Assembly: GCA_013239625.1 (NCBI GenBank) | Contig: MU053823.1 | Coordinates: 85,698-149,697, forward strand | DNA: 64,000 nt | Source of the DNA: Lama guanicoe | Taxonomy: Eukaryota | Direction: 5' to 3' | Shown: one piece after another, positions 23,661-38,800 of the stretch | Position numbering within the stretch: the first letter of the stretch is position 1 | Layout: each line of letters opens with the position of its first letter | Translations under genes and position numbers: made by a program | The notes under the pieces: generated by a model | What the model was told of the DNA's origin: nothing | Database searches by the model: none | Seen by the model: only the letters and a program-made list of their open reading frames with translations

Positions 23661-26600
23661 TGGGCTGGATGGAACATTGTTTTGCCCCTCAGGCAGTTTT
23701 TTGTTTATTTGTTTTAAGTCTATAGAGTGAACTCAAACAATGCCAACTGTCTCAATCATAAAGCTTCCTCACATTTCATTTTTTAAATTTCTTAATTGAA
23801 TTAGCAATAACAGCCCTGTATCCAGAATTACAAACCGTTTTCCTCATTCCTCCTGCTGATAAATTCAGGGGAGAGGAGAACTAACATTTACTCGGTACTT
23901 CACACTTGCTCAAAACATCTATTACTTCATTTAGCCCCCACAACATTCCTTTGAGGTATTAGCCCTATTTTTTGTGATGAGGAAACTCAAGAGAGGTTAA
24001 GTCTCTTATCAACAGTAATGGGAGCTGTTACAATTTATTGAGAACAGCTATATGTAAAGCACTCGGCTAGGGGCATGATACTTACATTAATTCTAAGCTT
24101 AATCAAACCCCCTGCAAAGTGTGTCATTATTACCATTTTATCAATGGGGAAATAGAAGCGTAAAGAAGTAGTTTGCTATCTGAGGTGGAAAGCTAGAATC
24201 TCAATTTAGTGTGTTTTTTTTTTTCCTGCCCCAAGGATATGTTCTATCACATGAGGATAGCAAGTGCCAGCAGCTTGGACTTTCATTCATGTTTTTAATA
24301 GTGTGTATTGAAGAAACTCCTACTGCAGTCGTGAATAGAGCCGGCCGGAGGAATCAGCTCACTGACAAACCCACTGGCCTGATCCCTGAATCAGCATGCT
24401 GACACTAACCATGAGTCTTTCTAGTAAGACAAAAAATAGCACATTCTTTATATCCTTTTTATCATTTGCCCTGCCTCTCAGAATCGGTGCAGGGAAATCC
24501 TTGACGGATGGAAATGCGTCCAATGAGCCCCAGCATTTTTCAGCCTGCTCTCTACCAGGCAGGCCAAGTAGTCATAAAAACACTTGGAAAAATGTACAGG
24601 GCTCATCAGTAAATTATCATAGAGGTCTATCAACCAGGATTCCTGCTTCTTTTCTTCAGTAGAAATATTGCTATGAAATGTCCTATTTTTGCTAATGTGA
24701 GTTTCAATTTCATCCTACAACTTGCTGGAAATTTGAACTGTCCCTCCCCCAATGTACACCAAATGGCAAGGACACCTTCATTCTCACCCACTCCCAGTTG
24801 CTCAATGCTCTGTAAACATCCTTTTCTTTGGAAATAACAGTTTAGAACCGTGTCCAAAGGTAATGATGTCTTTCAGAGAGCTCTCTTTTTAAACAGGTCT
24901 ATTTTGAGAATTTTAAGGATCTATTTCTTATACAATTAACATTGTCTTAGAATTATCAGCAATTACAAAGTCAACTGTTTTCACATTTTCTTATTCTCTT
25001 TCTTGCCTGTGTCAAGATTTAATGCTATTATTAGAGTCAAAAGTTAGCTTTTGTTCTTTTTCACTTAGCAGTAAATAATTAAAACTTCTGATGTTGTGAT
25101 CAATTCTTCATATTTATCACTTTTGATAGATGGGTCATATTCGACCAAGGCACCATACAACAGATGCCTTGTTATTCAACATTTCAGCTCATCTGAAATC
25201 TTATTAGCAGTCATTTTTGCTTTAGTGAATGATTCGGTGTGTGCACTTGTAGCCTTGTGTGGGAATTTCTTGGCTGAGTCAATTACACTTGGCGCTCAAA
25301 ACCATGAATCTTACATAAGTTATGCACAACAAATGTCCCCTGCACACACACACACACAAAAGTTTCTAAGATAAAAAACTGGAAAGGCAACCTTATTAAC
25401 AATAACTAACACCTATAACTCTTTCACCATGGCAGGTACTTTCTAAGTGCTTTACATAAATTCACTAAGGTCATTAATCCCAGAGGAGCCACTATTAAGC
25501 CAACTTTACAGATGAGCTGGAGCACTGAGAGCTTATGTAATTTGCCCGAGATGGCACAGTGAGTGAGGAACCTGGGATTCCTTCCCAGGCATTCTGGCAA
25601 TTGAGTCTGCTCTCCTAAATACCATGTTGTTCTGCTTTGAGGTCAGTTAAAATAGTCCCATACTGTATTTCAGATGGCTTCCTGTCCAGGTGTTTTTCCT
25701 GCATATATGAACATTATTCTAGCCAAGAAATGGTACCAACTTATTTTATTTATTCTTTCACTCAACACATATTCCGTGGGTGCCTATCAAACTGATGACT
25801 GGAATTCCGTTACTCTATTTTCACTCATATGAGTTAAGTGACTCCCTACTATTGAAAGCTGGAATACTGTAACATTGGTCTTTGACTTTGACATTAAGCT
25901 AAAATCTGTCAATAAGATTAAGCTTTGGCCTCAACCTATTTCAGTATCATTTTGGAATCCCCAGAATTGTGCATGAGCAATAATCTTATGATCTTCGTAG
26001 GTAATAATTATATAAAATCACTATCACAATATTGATAATGCAATCAAGGCATGACTTGTGGACTTACTTTAATGCACAAATACTTATGTATTTTAGATAT
26101 ATCTTGGAGTGAAAACCTTATTTGTCTTTTACAAAAAGATAATTCAAAATATTGATATTTGCACAAATTCTTTTCAAAGAATCATAAGCCCATTGCAGGC
26201 CTCATACATCTGTCTTAAACATATCTCTGGTATAAAAAAGTATGACATTAAAAATGGATACTTTTGGACCCATTGGAATTTTCTATACTCATTCATACTG
26301 GAGTGGTGGGTGGCAGAAATAATGATGATTTTTATTTTAAAACTCCACCTCTTCCTTCCTCAACTCTTGTCAATGTTTGTATTTCCCCTTAGAGTTTCAT
26401 AAGCAAAAAGTAGAGAGCATGGAAAGAAATAGTAAATCCAGGTAACAAACACCCAGCAAACGTCTTTACCTTAGAGTTCAGAAGTGGGGTAATTGTCACA
26501 GGAATGTAAATTTGTGAGTTTCTCAGAATTAAAAATGAAATCATGGTTTTCTTATCAGTCATAAATCTAATTGGACTCTTATCTTGACAATGGGGCCTGG

Positions 26601-27237
26601 CTTTGTGAATTAGGTAATTGGTAGACACTTTCTAGAAATTTAATCAGCTAAATGTACAAGTCATAGTTTTGATAATAATGATAAAAGGCATTTTATGAGG
26701 TTTATATCGACAGAATTGTATTTAAATTAATTATATGTTAATTTCCCCAAATTTCTTGAGTACCTCAGGTGTCTTTAAGTAAGACAGTGACAATTAGTAA
26801 CCATTTTTAAGTGTTGGCAAGCCTTTTTATATTCTTTCTAGAAACAGAGAAAGAGAACCATTCTAATGACTTAGTTCCAAATCCTTTTGCAATTGACTTA
26901 GTTTCCGGTGCTTTGCTTTCAACAGAATTAAGGTCACATTTGATTTATCAGCTGATAGATAATTAAAATTCTTTTTTAATGATGATTAACTTACTAAATG
27001 ATAATGCTATAATAGAACTTCTCACATTTATATCTCTCTCTTTATGTGAACAAGATTTCTTGGTGCTTACATCTATAGACTAGGAAATAGAATAGGAATA
27101 TTCTAGAACAGAAATGCAATAGAATAGAAAACAGCTGGAGGATAGTTGAAACTTGTCTCAATCTAACAATACGTAATATTCATCCAAAGACACACAATCT
27201 GATTGAGGGAACCAGATGGGTGGAGTACATAATTAAT

Positions 27238-27490
27238 TCCGTAGTTGCCAGGGGGGTGGAGGGTGGGAAGGAATAGACTGGGATTTCAAAATTGTAGAAT
27301 AGATAAACAAGATTACACTGTATAGCACAGGGAAATATACACAAAATGTTATGATAACTCACAGAGGAAAAAATGTGACAATGAGTGTGTATATGTCCAT
27401 GAATGACTGAAAAATTGTGCTGAACACTGGAATTTGACACAACATTGTAAAGTGATTATAAATCAATAAAAAATGTTAAAAAAAAAAAGA
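27238..27490 (+). mobile_element. Young L1 3' end
   Basis: gtagttgccaggggggtggagggtgggaagg...gatttcaaaattgtagaatagataaacaagatt...aatcaataaaaaatgtt + poly-A. Confidence 0.85.
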
Positions 27491-27838
27491 AATGATTTTC
27501 AAACAAAAATTTTTCTTGTGTTTAAAATTATTGGTATTGTAATAGATGTAATAGTTTTGATAAATAATATTTTGATATACTTGTAATATAACTCAATCCA
27601 GAAAAATGTATTACTGCTCAAAACTTTATAGGTACAAGAACCTCTTTTATAATTTCAATTATCTTTAGTTTCAGAAATATATGATAAGTGACCATTAAAA
27701 TATACTGAAGCATAAAACACCAGATAAAATTACCTGGGGAATTAGAATGGAACTACCAGAAACAGGAATGATGTAAAATTTCCAGCTTGTAAAAAAAAAA
27801 GTTAAATGGATGATGGTAGGCAATAAATGACTGCAGAA

Positions 27839-28107
27839 TTTTTTTTAATTGAAGTAGAGTTGATTCGCATTGTTGTATTATTTTCTGGTGTACAGCAAAG
27901 TGATTCAGTTATACATATATTTTTTCATATTCTTTTCCATTGTGGTTTATGACAGGATACTGGATATAGTTCCCTGTGCTATACAGTAGGCCTTGTTGTC
28001 CATCTACTTTATATACAGTAGTTTGTATCTGATAATCCCAGACTCCTAATTTATCCCTCTTCCATGCCTGTTCCCCTTTGGCAACCATAAATTTGTTTTC
28101 TGTGTGA
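27839..28107 (-). mobile_element. L1 3' fragment
   Basis: ttttttaattgaagtagagttgatt...tatagttccctgtgctatacagtagg...ccctttggcaaccataaatttgttttct. Confidence 0.8.
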
Positions 28108-29724
28108 CCGCAATATTTACATTTCATTGGCTATATTTAAAAAGTAGTATTACAGTTAATTTTTTAAATGTTGGTATTCATAATATTTTTTTTTGTTATC
28201 TTATTTATGACAAAAGTCAAGTATGTGTGAGGGGTTAAATGCTTAATAAAATTTTTTTCAGGGATACAAGAAAAAAGGTTGGATGCCACAAGAATATAAA
28301 AGCCTTAGCTGAGAATGCTCTACAATCAATATTTAAAATGTATCAACTAAAATTTTCAATTAAAAATTGCAATGGTAAAGTTTTGATAAGACTTCAGATT
28401 TATTCTTGTATTCCAGAAGTTCAAACTATGATGGTGATTTTGCTTGGATTTTTATACTTAGTCATTAGGCACTTGGCCAAAATACAGGTTTGGCACATAT
28501 CTAAAAAGTATAATTATGCCTGGGAAAAGTAATTTAGTGACTCCTTAAAAGTCAGTTATTATTTGTTGTAAATTAATTTATTCCACATTGAGCTGGTGGA
28601 GAATGAAGGTATTTCTTTATGGCAGTGTAGGGATGGAGGTGGGGAGGTCTGGGCCGAGCCGTGGAAGTGGAGAAAGCATAAAGTTTCTTATGAGAGAAGA
28701 AACCAAAATGAAGCAGAAGAGTTTTCAGCAAGCCTTTGCCAACCACCCAGGGCTCACTCTTTCCGATCATATCCAAAAACATACATCAAGAACTCATCCA
28801 CAGAAGTGCTTGTTCTCATCATCCTGTATTTTACAGTTTAAACCACTTGTCAACTCAAAACAGACATACTTCAATTTCGTGGAGACCTAGTTGTATTAAT
28901 ATAAGAAGGTAGATCTTTCTTATTTTCAGAGTTTCATAAAAATAAATTCTAATATCCCAATCTCTTTAGGAAAGCAAATAGGACGATGAATCACTATTAA
29001 TGAAATATGTTTATATTGCTCAAGGAGAAATTAAATAAGAATGTTCATCAAATAAAGGTCATTTCCTTAGAGAATAAAATAAATTAATTGGCTTTGTATT
29101 CTAGATGTTAAATAAACTAAAAAAGTATGAATATACATTACATGGGTTATTATATCCAAAGGAACTATCATTTTTCTTTACAAACAAACAAATATAAGAA
29201 GAGCTGTAAAAAGTGAAAGCTAAACTTTTAAACAATTGTCTTCATACTTATTTTGTTTAAAATCCTGTGGTAAACTTAATTTCTTTGTTTCATTAAAGAA
29301 TTGTATTTGATGGAGTTTGGGAGAATACATGATGTTCCCTGGACTAACAAGAAGAGATTTGGAATATGTATTTACATTAATAGCTCTTTAAAAAAAACGA
29401 AAAAGAAGGTCAAGAATATTGATCGATTTCATCAAATCAGGTGATTTATTTTGTTTTTTTTCTTAAAGATACTGAAAGTGCTGATTAATAACCAGAGTTA
29501 ATGTAGCCTCAAAATACTATTTTCAAAGCACTTTGAGAAAGTGGATGAAAGCGATCTGCAATTGATTTTTTTATACTGGAAGTTAATATGTTACAAAAAT
29601 AAATGGTTAGCAGTTTGCTTTTACTGCCCATCAGGTAAAACAAAAACCAGTGATTCTGGAACAAGAACAGAGTTCAAGGCATCAAGGACTCAGACACCCA
29701 TTCTTTCCTACTCCTCTCTGCACC

Positions 29725-29810
29725 ATGAGGGGACGTCAGCTGCTTAATCCAGCCTTCATTCTCCTTTTCTTGCTCCTTCCCACAAGAGATGCTTCAGCTA
29801 CCTCAGAACC
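29725..29810 (+). CDS. PZP: PZP/A1M-like exon 1 (signal peptide)
   Basis: cacc[32 protein letters not shown]; donor gtaagc. Confidence 0.9.
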
Positions 29811-32800
29811 GTAAGCACCATTTCCAGAAAATTCTATGGTCCTCCTGTTCCCCATTGTGTTATCTGCTTCTTGATGTCTGTGTTTTTCTTTCTTTCCTGA
29901 ATCCCTATGAAATTATCTGTTGCTGACAGGGCTTGGAAGGGTCGATAAGTTGTTGTTGCTTGTGTGGCAAGAGGCATACTCCAACATAGGGCAGTGCCAC
30001 TTGTGACATCTTCACCAAATAAGATTATAGGATTCTACAACTTTCATCAAATAAGAATATAGAACTCCTAACGAAAAAGAAAAGGATAAATTCTTTATTG
30101 GCTCATGAAAAAGCCTGCAGTGGGCTGACCACTGTAAAGTGACTCAGTGTCTGTCTGTTCCTAAGCCCAGGGATTGCCAAGATGGAGGCGTGACCTACAG
30201 ACAAGCCAGAAGTTGTGTGTCCGGTCACTCAACCCTTCAGCAAACCTTTAGGGGTTGGCATTAGGTCTTGAGAATACACAGGTTAACAGAATGTGGACCC
30301 CGCCCCCAGGACCTCGCAGTGTAACAAAGAGAGAGACAGGGCGCACAGAGAACAAAATAAAGGGCAGAACGAGAACCACTGTGAAAACACTCAGAACGAA
30401 AACCTCACTCCTCCTGGGAATTGGTACAAGGGACGGGCATCACCAAAGTCTACCTAAGAAAGCTGGTTTTGAAACGAGTCTTCTAAAGCAAATAGAGGTT
30501 TTCCAGATGGACCAGGACACTTCCGAAAGAGAGACAGGCATGGGTAGCCGGAGCACTGCAAAGTGCAGCACGTTTGGTGACTGCTGAATGGTACCTTCTT
30601 CTCAGTGTACCCGGTGGCATGATGACTAGCCTAGTGTGACCTCCATCTCCAGAGATGGAAGAAAGAAAAACGCTAAGGCTGCATTTGAAACAACAGTGAA
30701 AAGCAATTCAGCGCCTCTCCCTGCATTAACTGTTACTCCTTTAGTGCTTCCTGGGAACAAAGAGGTTCGTGATACCATCCACATGACACCCTAGACCACA
30801 TACGGATTGGTTTTCTTAGCAGTTTCAATGATGACTAATTGACTAATCATGTTTTTTGTTACCAAAAAAAATTTTTTTTTGAGGGGGTTTATTGACATCT
30901 TACTGACAAATAAAATTGTAGGATATTTAAAGTGTACAACACATATGTATTGTGAAAGGATTCTCCCCATCTATGTGTAATCTATCACATAGAATAATCT
31001 AATAATTAATCTAACACATCTATTCCTCAAATATTTTGGGGGGTGGTGAGAACATTTAAGTTCTGCTCTCAGCAAATTCCAATTATATAATGCAGTGTTA
31101 TTTACTATAGTCGCCATGCTATACATAAGCCTCAGACCTTATTCACCTTATAAATGAAAGTTTGTGCCCTTTTGCAACCTGTCTCTTTTTTTCCTCCACT
31201 CCCCAGGCTCTGGCGACCACTTTTCTGCTCTATGTTTCTGAGTTTGACATTTTTGTAAAGATTTCACATCTAAGTTAGTATCATGAAATATTTGTCTGTC
31301 TCTGTCTGATTCACTTCACTTAGCACAATGCCCTCAAGGTCCATCCATGTGGTTACAAATGGCAGGACTTCCTTTTTTTTTTTTAAGGCTGCATAATCGT
31401 TGTGTGTGTGTCTGTTACCACATTTTCTTCATTCATTTCAAATTGCTCACTTTGAGATTATTTCTGCCCAAAATATATAATAACTCAGAGTGCTTATCCA
31501 TAGCTTTTGAATAGGTTTACTCACATTACGAGGGTGAATATTTCCACAACACAGGAGAAGCATACTGATGTTTAACTAGGTGGAGGGTTTCTGAGTTTCT
31601 AAGGCCCTCTGGATTGGCCTTAGAAGAATATATTCCTGGACACTCCTGCTGAAATCTGGCTCTGTCCTGCAACTGGTGACAATAGCAAAGATTATCTAGA
31701 AAACAACGAAGGCAGTGATGTCTTTTTAGCTCCCCCATGGTTGACCCCGAGCCCTCTTCTCCACAGGCAGTACCTGGTGGTGGTCCCATCACAGCTGTAT
31801 GCTGGGGTTCCCGAGAAGGCCTGTGTCATGCTTAATCACCTGAACGAGACGGTGGCCCTGACGGTAACTCTGGAGTATGCAACACAGAGCATAGATCTCC
31901 TCACGGACCCGGAGGCGAAGAACTCCTTCTACTGCCGCTCCTTCACTGTCAGTACCACTCCCCGGGAAAAGGGAGATCATTAGAGAAAGAGCTTATCAGC
32001 GATGCCTTGCACTCTGACCCCCAGTAACAAAGACGCAGAATGAAGGAAAAATGAGGAGTACAGAGGGAATTCAAATCAGATCTAAACATCAAAGTCCTAC
32101 TGAATATGCTTACATAATATTTACAAACAGAACAGAATTAGTGCAACATATGAAAGATAATAGTTACAGGAAGGATTTCATTTGTTCTTAAAGTGAACTT
32201 CTAAGGTGAATAATCTGCACACTGTCACAGGTACACACACTGAGACTGATCAAGTTCAGTGACTTACCTAAGATCTCGCAGATGACTGATGGTTAATGTG
32301 CTGTCCTTGTCACCTTTTACTAAAGTACTAAATGTTTGTTTAATCATATTGGCTTACTACCAGTGATAACATAGAATGCTCGTTTTGACCATTGGAAGAC
32401 AATCATTATTTTAGTACCACAATATTGCTGTGAAAACAGTTGCCTTCACTGTCAGGACTGGTTGAAGGATTAGTTCGTTTTATTGCAGTGACAATTTCCC
32501 TTTAATTAAATCAACAAGTTGTTATTGTCATGTTATACAGCCATAAAAATTGATAAAGCGCGAACATCCCCTTGGGCCCCAGCCCTTCCTAATTCCCATG
32601 GGACTAACTGGAGAAATGAGAAAATCAGAAGAATCTGGGCAGATTCTTCAGCCCATTTCTGTTTTACAGATTCCAGAGCTGTCATCCTCCTCCTCAGCGT
32701 TCATCATCGTGCAGGTGAAGGGGCCAACCCAGCAGTATGTAAAGAGGAAGCTGATGCACGTGACCAAAGCGGAAAGCCTCAACTTTGTCCAGACAGACAA

Positions 32801-35800
32801 ACCCATCTACAAACCAGGACAAACAGGTATAAGGAACGAACTGAGCAGAGGCAACCTGAAGGGTTGGAGGTGTGGTTCTCTATTATTTTTTGGAAATAAT
32901 GTCATATTGTATCTGTCTCGCCACCCTGAATCCCTGTTGGAGGGCTTCATGGGAAAAATCTCTATGTTTCAGTGAAATTCCGCATTGTCTCTATGGATGT
33001 CAGTTTTCACCCTTTGGATGAAACGGTGAGTCTCATAACAGTAAGGCTGGTGGAAACAGACAAAAATGTAAAACTTGTTCTTTAGAAGAACCTGAGACCA
33101 ATACGAGATACTTAAATCTACCACAGAACGATCTCAGAAGCATACGACTGCAGGAGAACAAGGGAGGTCAGGTCATCAACTGCATTCTTAAATTAAATAT
33201 TCATTTGACATTCTCACTTTAAAGACCTAATTATTTTGATTGAACAAAAGAGAATCAGTGCATTCGATTTCTGTCTTAGAGAAATGGAGACTCCCTCAGA
33301 AATACACATCATCTGCAAAATAAACTTATTATTGGACCATTTTACCTAAGTGTAGGTTTCCTCCATTTATGTTATTTCATAAAAGGTAAGTCATGGGAAA
33401 GGGCATAGTTCAGTGGTAGGCTGCATGCTTAGCATGCATGAGGTCTTGGGTTCCATCTCCAGTATCTCCATTAAAAATAACTAAATAAACCTAATTAGCC
33501 CTCCAAAAAGAAAAATGTTTGCAATTTGGGGAAGGGTATAGCTGAGTGGTAGAGTGTGTGCTTAGCATGCGTGAGGTCCTGGGTTCAATCCCTAGTAGTT
33601 CCATTAAAATAAAGAAAGAAATAAACCTAATTACCTCCTCCACAAAAATAAAATTTTTAAAAAGCAAGTCAAAAATTACTAAGTAATAAGTAAATAAAAG
33701 GGAAGTCATGATTTCTTCAGAGCTGTATGTCCCAAACTAAACGTATAAAGTGCTGTGAATCAAACTGGAGCACACTTCCTCACTTAGACAAGAAATGTAG
33801 AGACTCCTTTCCTCCACCCGGATACTGTATTAATGCTGATGTCATGGATTTATTTTTCTAAACTCTGTCTCACACTTACACTATTTCTTTCTTTTCAGTT
33901 CCCAGTGGTTTATATCGAGGTAAGTAACATATTATGTATCTCAACTGGAATTAGGACTCATTACGTTATGTTAAATTGCTTCTCTCCACCTCCTCCTTCC
34001 CCACTAGCCCGTCAAACCAAACAAACACTGTTTTCTTTGTCTCTCTTATATCCTGTGGAGAGAGGATAAGACGTAAATGAAGGAACAAAATTCCCTGAGA
34101 TGATGCAATTTAGTGACTCTTTCAATATTTCTGACCAAGTGGGTATGCATAATCTCGAAAAGAGGTACTATAATCTTTAATGTCTCATAGCTAGGAAATA
34201 TGCCCTTCTCTCAATCTAGAATTCCTATAAACCTTTGTTAATACCTCTGGTGCCAATTTGCCAACCATCTAAATATCCAACTCCCAATGCCACTCCCCCT
34301 GAAAAGGTGTCTCGCTCCTCAAAAGTATAGATTTCAACTGCTTCTATGAATTTATAATGTTTTTACTTATAGAATCCCAAGAGGAACAGAATTTTCCAAT
34401 GGCACAGCATCAAACTGCAAGGGGGGCTCAACCAGCAATCTTTCCCACTCTCAGAGGAGCCCATACTGGGCCGCTACAAGGTCGTACTGCAGAAGGAGTC
34501 TGGGACAAAAGTAGAGCGTGCCTTTGAAGTGAATGAATACGGTAAGAATTCTGCATGTGACCAAGACATTTGTAACATTAGAGTGTGTAAGACTGGATAA
34601 TTTTTACATGCTGGGGACAAGCAAACATCTTGCTAATAATAGCTGAAAATTAGCAAGCCTTTTTATTTACTTAAATATTTGCTAAGCACTTTTCATGCAC
34701 CATCTCATTCGATCCCTGCAACAGCCCTCTGAGACAGATCACTGTGTTGCCTCCATTTTACTAATGAGCATATTAATACCCAAAAAGTCAGTCATTTTCC
34801 AAAATCATAGAGTCAATAAGAAGCAAGAGAGATTTTAATAGTTCCAAGTGACCCCATTCCAACATAAACTGCTAACCAACACATTGTGTTATCTACATAC
34901 ATCTCTTCATCTATATGTTAGAAGGTATCTCCTTGGATTATGCCCTGGCTGTCTGAAACCTACACGGACACTACTCTAATGATGGTAATCAGACATTGAA
35001 ACCATCTTGTTGGTTATCAGTTATGTGGATTTTCTGGTGTAAATGAAATCTAGCGTGCCGCGGATGAGGAGACCCATCACAAAACCATAATTCCCAAAAT
35101 GCACCGGAACTGTTGTGAGAATTGGAGAACAGGGACTTACTGTAGGAATGACTAACATTATTACAACCGTGGGAGAGGCTGGGAAAGTAAGAGTCCAGCA
35201 GGAGGACTTGGTGGATCAGAGGAAATTACTTACCCGTCCTCTAGAAGCTCTGGTGGGGATGGATAGATGAGAACTTGCAAGGACACCTCCAGCTGCCAGA
35301 GGGAACCACAAAGGGAGCCTGACAGAAGAATCGACAGAAGGCTGTTACCTCCTTCAATCTTCCACTTCGGTATTTCTATAACCAAGTGTCTAGCGGTGGG
35401 CACGAGGCCCCTGTTAGTCAGCAGGGCTAGAAGTTGGGAAGATGAGCTGGACACAGAGAGGCAAAGAATAAGGGCAAACTGGAACCTACTGGTCCCCGTG
35501 CACCTGCAACAGCATCTAACCGCGGCAATCCTCAGGGTCTAATGGTGCTGTTTCCCTTCTGCCTTTGAAACCTGCGGCAAATTCGGAGGAAACTGGGAAA
35601 CACCAGCTTCACCAAGTCAGCATGGTGCCAGCTGCCCACGATTAAGAACAGCATCTCCTTTGCCAATAGTAGCCCTGCTGTTGCTTATTATAATTGGAAT
35701 CATTTCATCAAATCAGACCCTTTACAAGGTTCTGTAACAGAATCATTACTAATACTTGCAAGACCTGCCTGTTCTCACCTCTTTATTTTTTTTATTGACA

Positions 35801-38800
35801 ACAGTTCTGCCCAAATTTGAGGTCCAAGTGAAAATGCCCAAGACTATTGGTTTTCTAGATGATGAATTTGCGGTGTCTGTCTGCGGCCTGTGAGTTACAT
35901 TTTTTTTCCATCTCATTTTTATTTCCCTACTCTATTACCTATTCTACTACCAATAATAAAAGCATTAACTGAGCACTTCAGGTGTGTCAGGCAATGTTTT
36001 AAGTGCCTTGAACTTGTTAACACTTTTATCTTTACACTAACCCTGTGAGATGGGGGTAATTAACCTCAATTTACAAATGAGGAAACTACAACATGGAAAG
36101 GATAAAATAACCTATTCAAGTTCCTACAGCTAGTAAGTGGCAGACTGGAATTTAAATCCAACAGTCTGGCTCCAAACCTTGAACTCTTCACTACTATTTT
36201 TTTATTGCCTCTCCAATATTTCCATTTCTTTTTTTATTATTCCCAATTTCTTCAACTATGGAAGGCTGGAAATAAGCTACGCAGACCTTTTATCTTAAAT
36301 GTTGGATACATAATGTAGAATTAAAAATGCATGTCATTTACGTCTTCCCTGACTGCCGTTTCAGTGCAGGGGAACCCCCTCCACTGCACCAGGCAGAGAG
36401 ACTTCACTTCTGGCTTCTGAAAAACATGTTTTTATCTTTCACACCAGTTCTGATGTTTTAAATTTTTCCATCAGAAGAAAAACCTTTTGATTCAGATTTA
36501 AAGATAAGATTCAACAAAGCGGCTGAAACTTACTAAGTAATTTATTACTTTATCAGCACTTATAGAAATGATCCGGGGTTGGGCGGGGGAACTACAGAAA
36601 GAGGAAGCTTGGGGCTGCTATGGCCAGACCTCACCTACATCACAGTCTGGGCAATAGGTTTCTATTGATTCTCCTTTGAATCTCAGTGAATATCTCAGGT
36701 AATTTCAATGTCCGTGGTCCATAAAGCACACTTTAACAAACAGTAGACTAAGTTTGGCTTTGCAGCATGTCTTAGTCCGTTCAGGCTGCTACAACATACC
36801 ACGGACCAGGTAGCTTACCAACAACAGAAATTAACTGCTCACAGTTCTAGAGGCTGAGAAATCCAATATCAAGTTGCCCAGCATGGTCATGTTCTGGTGA
36901 AGGTCCTCTTTTTGGTTCATAGCTGGTACCTTCTCCTTGGTCCTCACTTGGTGGAAGGGATGAGGGATCTCTCTGTGGCCCCTTTTATAAAGAGGAGTTT
37001 TACAGAGGCACTAACCCATTCATGAGAACTTACCCTCATGATCTAAGCATTTCCCAAAGGCCTCACCCCTTCCTACTATCATCTGGGATTTAGGATTTCA
37101 ACATATGAATTTTGAGGGGACATAAACATTCAGACAATACCACATTGTATCTCTCCATCAGATTTGGCAGAAACAGATGGAGTCATTATGATGCTGTTCA
37201 TATATAACATTTTTGTTCGGTAGGTAGTGATTTCCTACTTAATTTCTCAAGTGTCCTCTTAAAACATATACAAATTAGGGAGGATTTAGAAATACACTCT
37301 CTATGATCCCTAATTTTTTTCTTAAAACAACTTAGAAGGCGTTGGCAAAGCTGGAATCATAACCTAGATAATCTGACAGCAGAGAAAGAAGGAAATAAGG
37401 CTGTTGTATAGAAAAACTTCAACTGAGAGTGAGGAAAGACACGCGTAATTTCCCAAAAGATAGGAGAAAAACGACATGGGTAATTTCCCCCCGTGGAAGT
37501 GTTGCAAAAGATTCAGTAAGTATTTTCTCTTAGAGTTATAGATAATTAAGACACAGTTGCAGAGTAAGTGCCTCTAAAGTGCAAATGCTATGGAAGGAAA
37601 CAGAATTGCTACAAATGAATAAGAAGCGTATATGAATGGATGCAATCATGTGAAGAAAATCTGAGTTATTTACATGAAGTATCTTTTTGTATGACTGCTT
37701 TATTGTTATAGATACACATATGGAAAGCCTGTTCCTGGTCTGGTGACAATTAATGTATGCAGAAAATATTTACGATACAGTTCCACCTGCTATGGAAAAT
37801 ATTCACAAAGCATCTGTGAAGAATTTAGTCAACAGGTATATGGAAACCACTCTCCCCAGGACATTAACACCAGATCTTGTTTACTTGTGGTTGATAACAT
37901 AGCAGCGAATATAATACAATACAGTATGAGAGTAGTGTTTGAAATAGTCACCTAGGAAAAGCGTGGAGTAAGGGAAATATTGTAAGATTGCCTGGCAGTC
38001 AGGCTCATGGATTTACAGTTGCAGTTATTCGGCCAGGTTTGTAATTTCCTTCTGACGACAATCGGCGTGCCAGATATACGGGCATTAAAGGATGCGGAAG
38101 TCTCCAAAGTTGGCTTTTATCAAATGGAAAAACAGAAGAAGGTGTCAGATGTTAAGAATTTGGCTGGTAGGGGAATCAAATGACACACTCTGGAATCTAA
38201 CCTGCATATGGGAGACTATGAAACCATCACGAGGTTGAGGAGAGGGGGACTGAGAGGGGCAATGGACTGGAGACTCCAATTACATCAGAGAAGCCTAGTA
38301 ACTAAGGGAGACAGTGGTAGAAGGTGTTGTGTTTAAAGTGAAATGGATCAATTACTGAATTCAGAGGAAGAGTACATAGAAGTCCAGGGTGTGGCAGTGT
38401 GAGCGGGCACTGGATCACAAAGAAAAGTATCAAAGCTGCAGAGAGCAAATAAATAAAAGGCTAGGGTGGTGAATACGATGACCAATGTCAAGAGAATCAT
38501 TGATAACAAGATAAACGTGAGAGAGGTCTAGCTGCCAACATCTTTAGTACATCCGGGAGACCAGGATTCCTTTTTATTTTCAAATGTCATGACATCTATG
38601 TATAAGGAAATTAAGAGTGATTAAATTTTACGATGCACTAAATATTTTCCTGTAACTAAGTACAAAAATGAAAACAAATCTTTATTAAATTATGGACGCC
38701 AATATTTAGCTTGGAAATCTGATTGCTATAATGATTCATCTATTCGATGAATATGTATGTTTTTATTGATGTCTTCAATACCAAGAAAATAGTTAAGAAA

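Noticed and set aside
19426..29700. Further exons (4 onward) of the ovostatin pseudogene
   Set aside because: No convincing match by eye; segments such as EVFQELGLRIK near 20383 were too weak. A translated search is needed.
35090..35640. Possible old LTR or coding ORF in intron 6
   Set aside because: Composition suggests a decayed repeat, but I could not define termini, TSD or homology.
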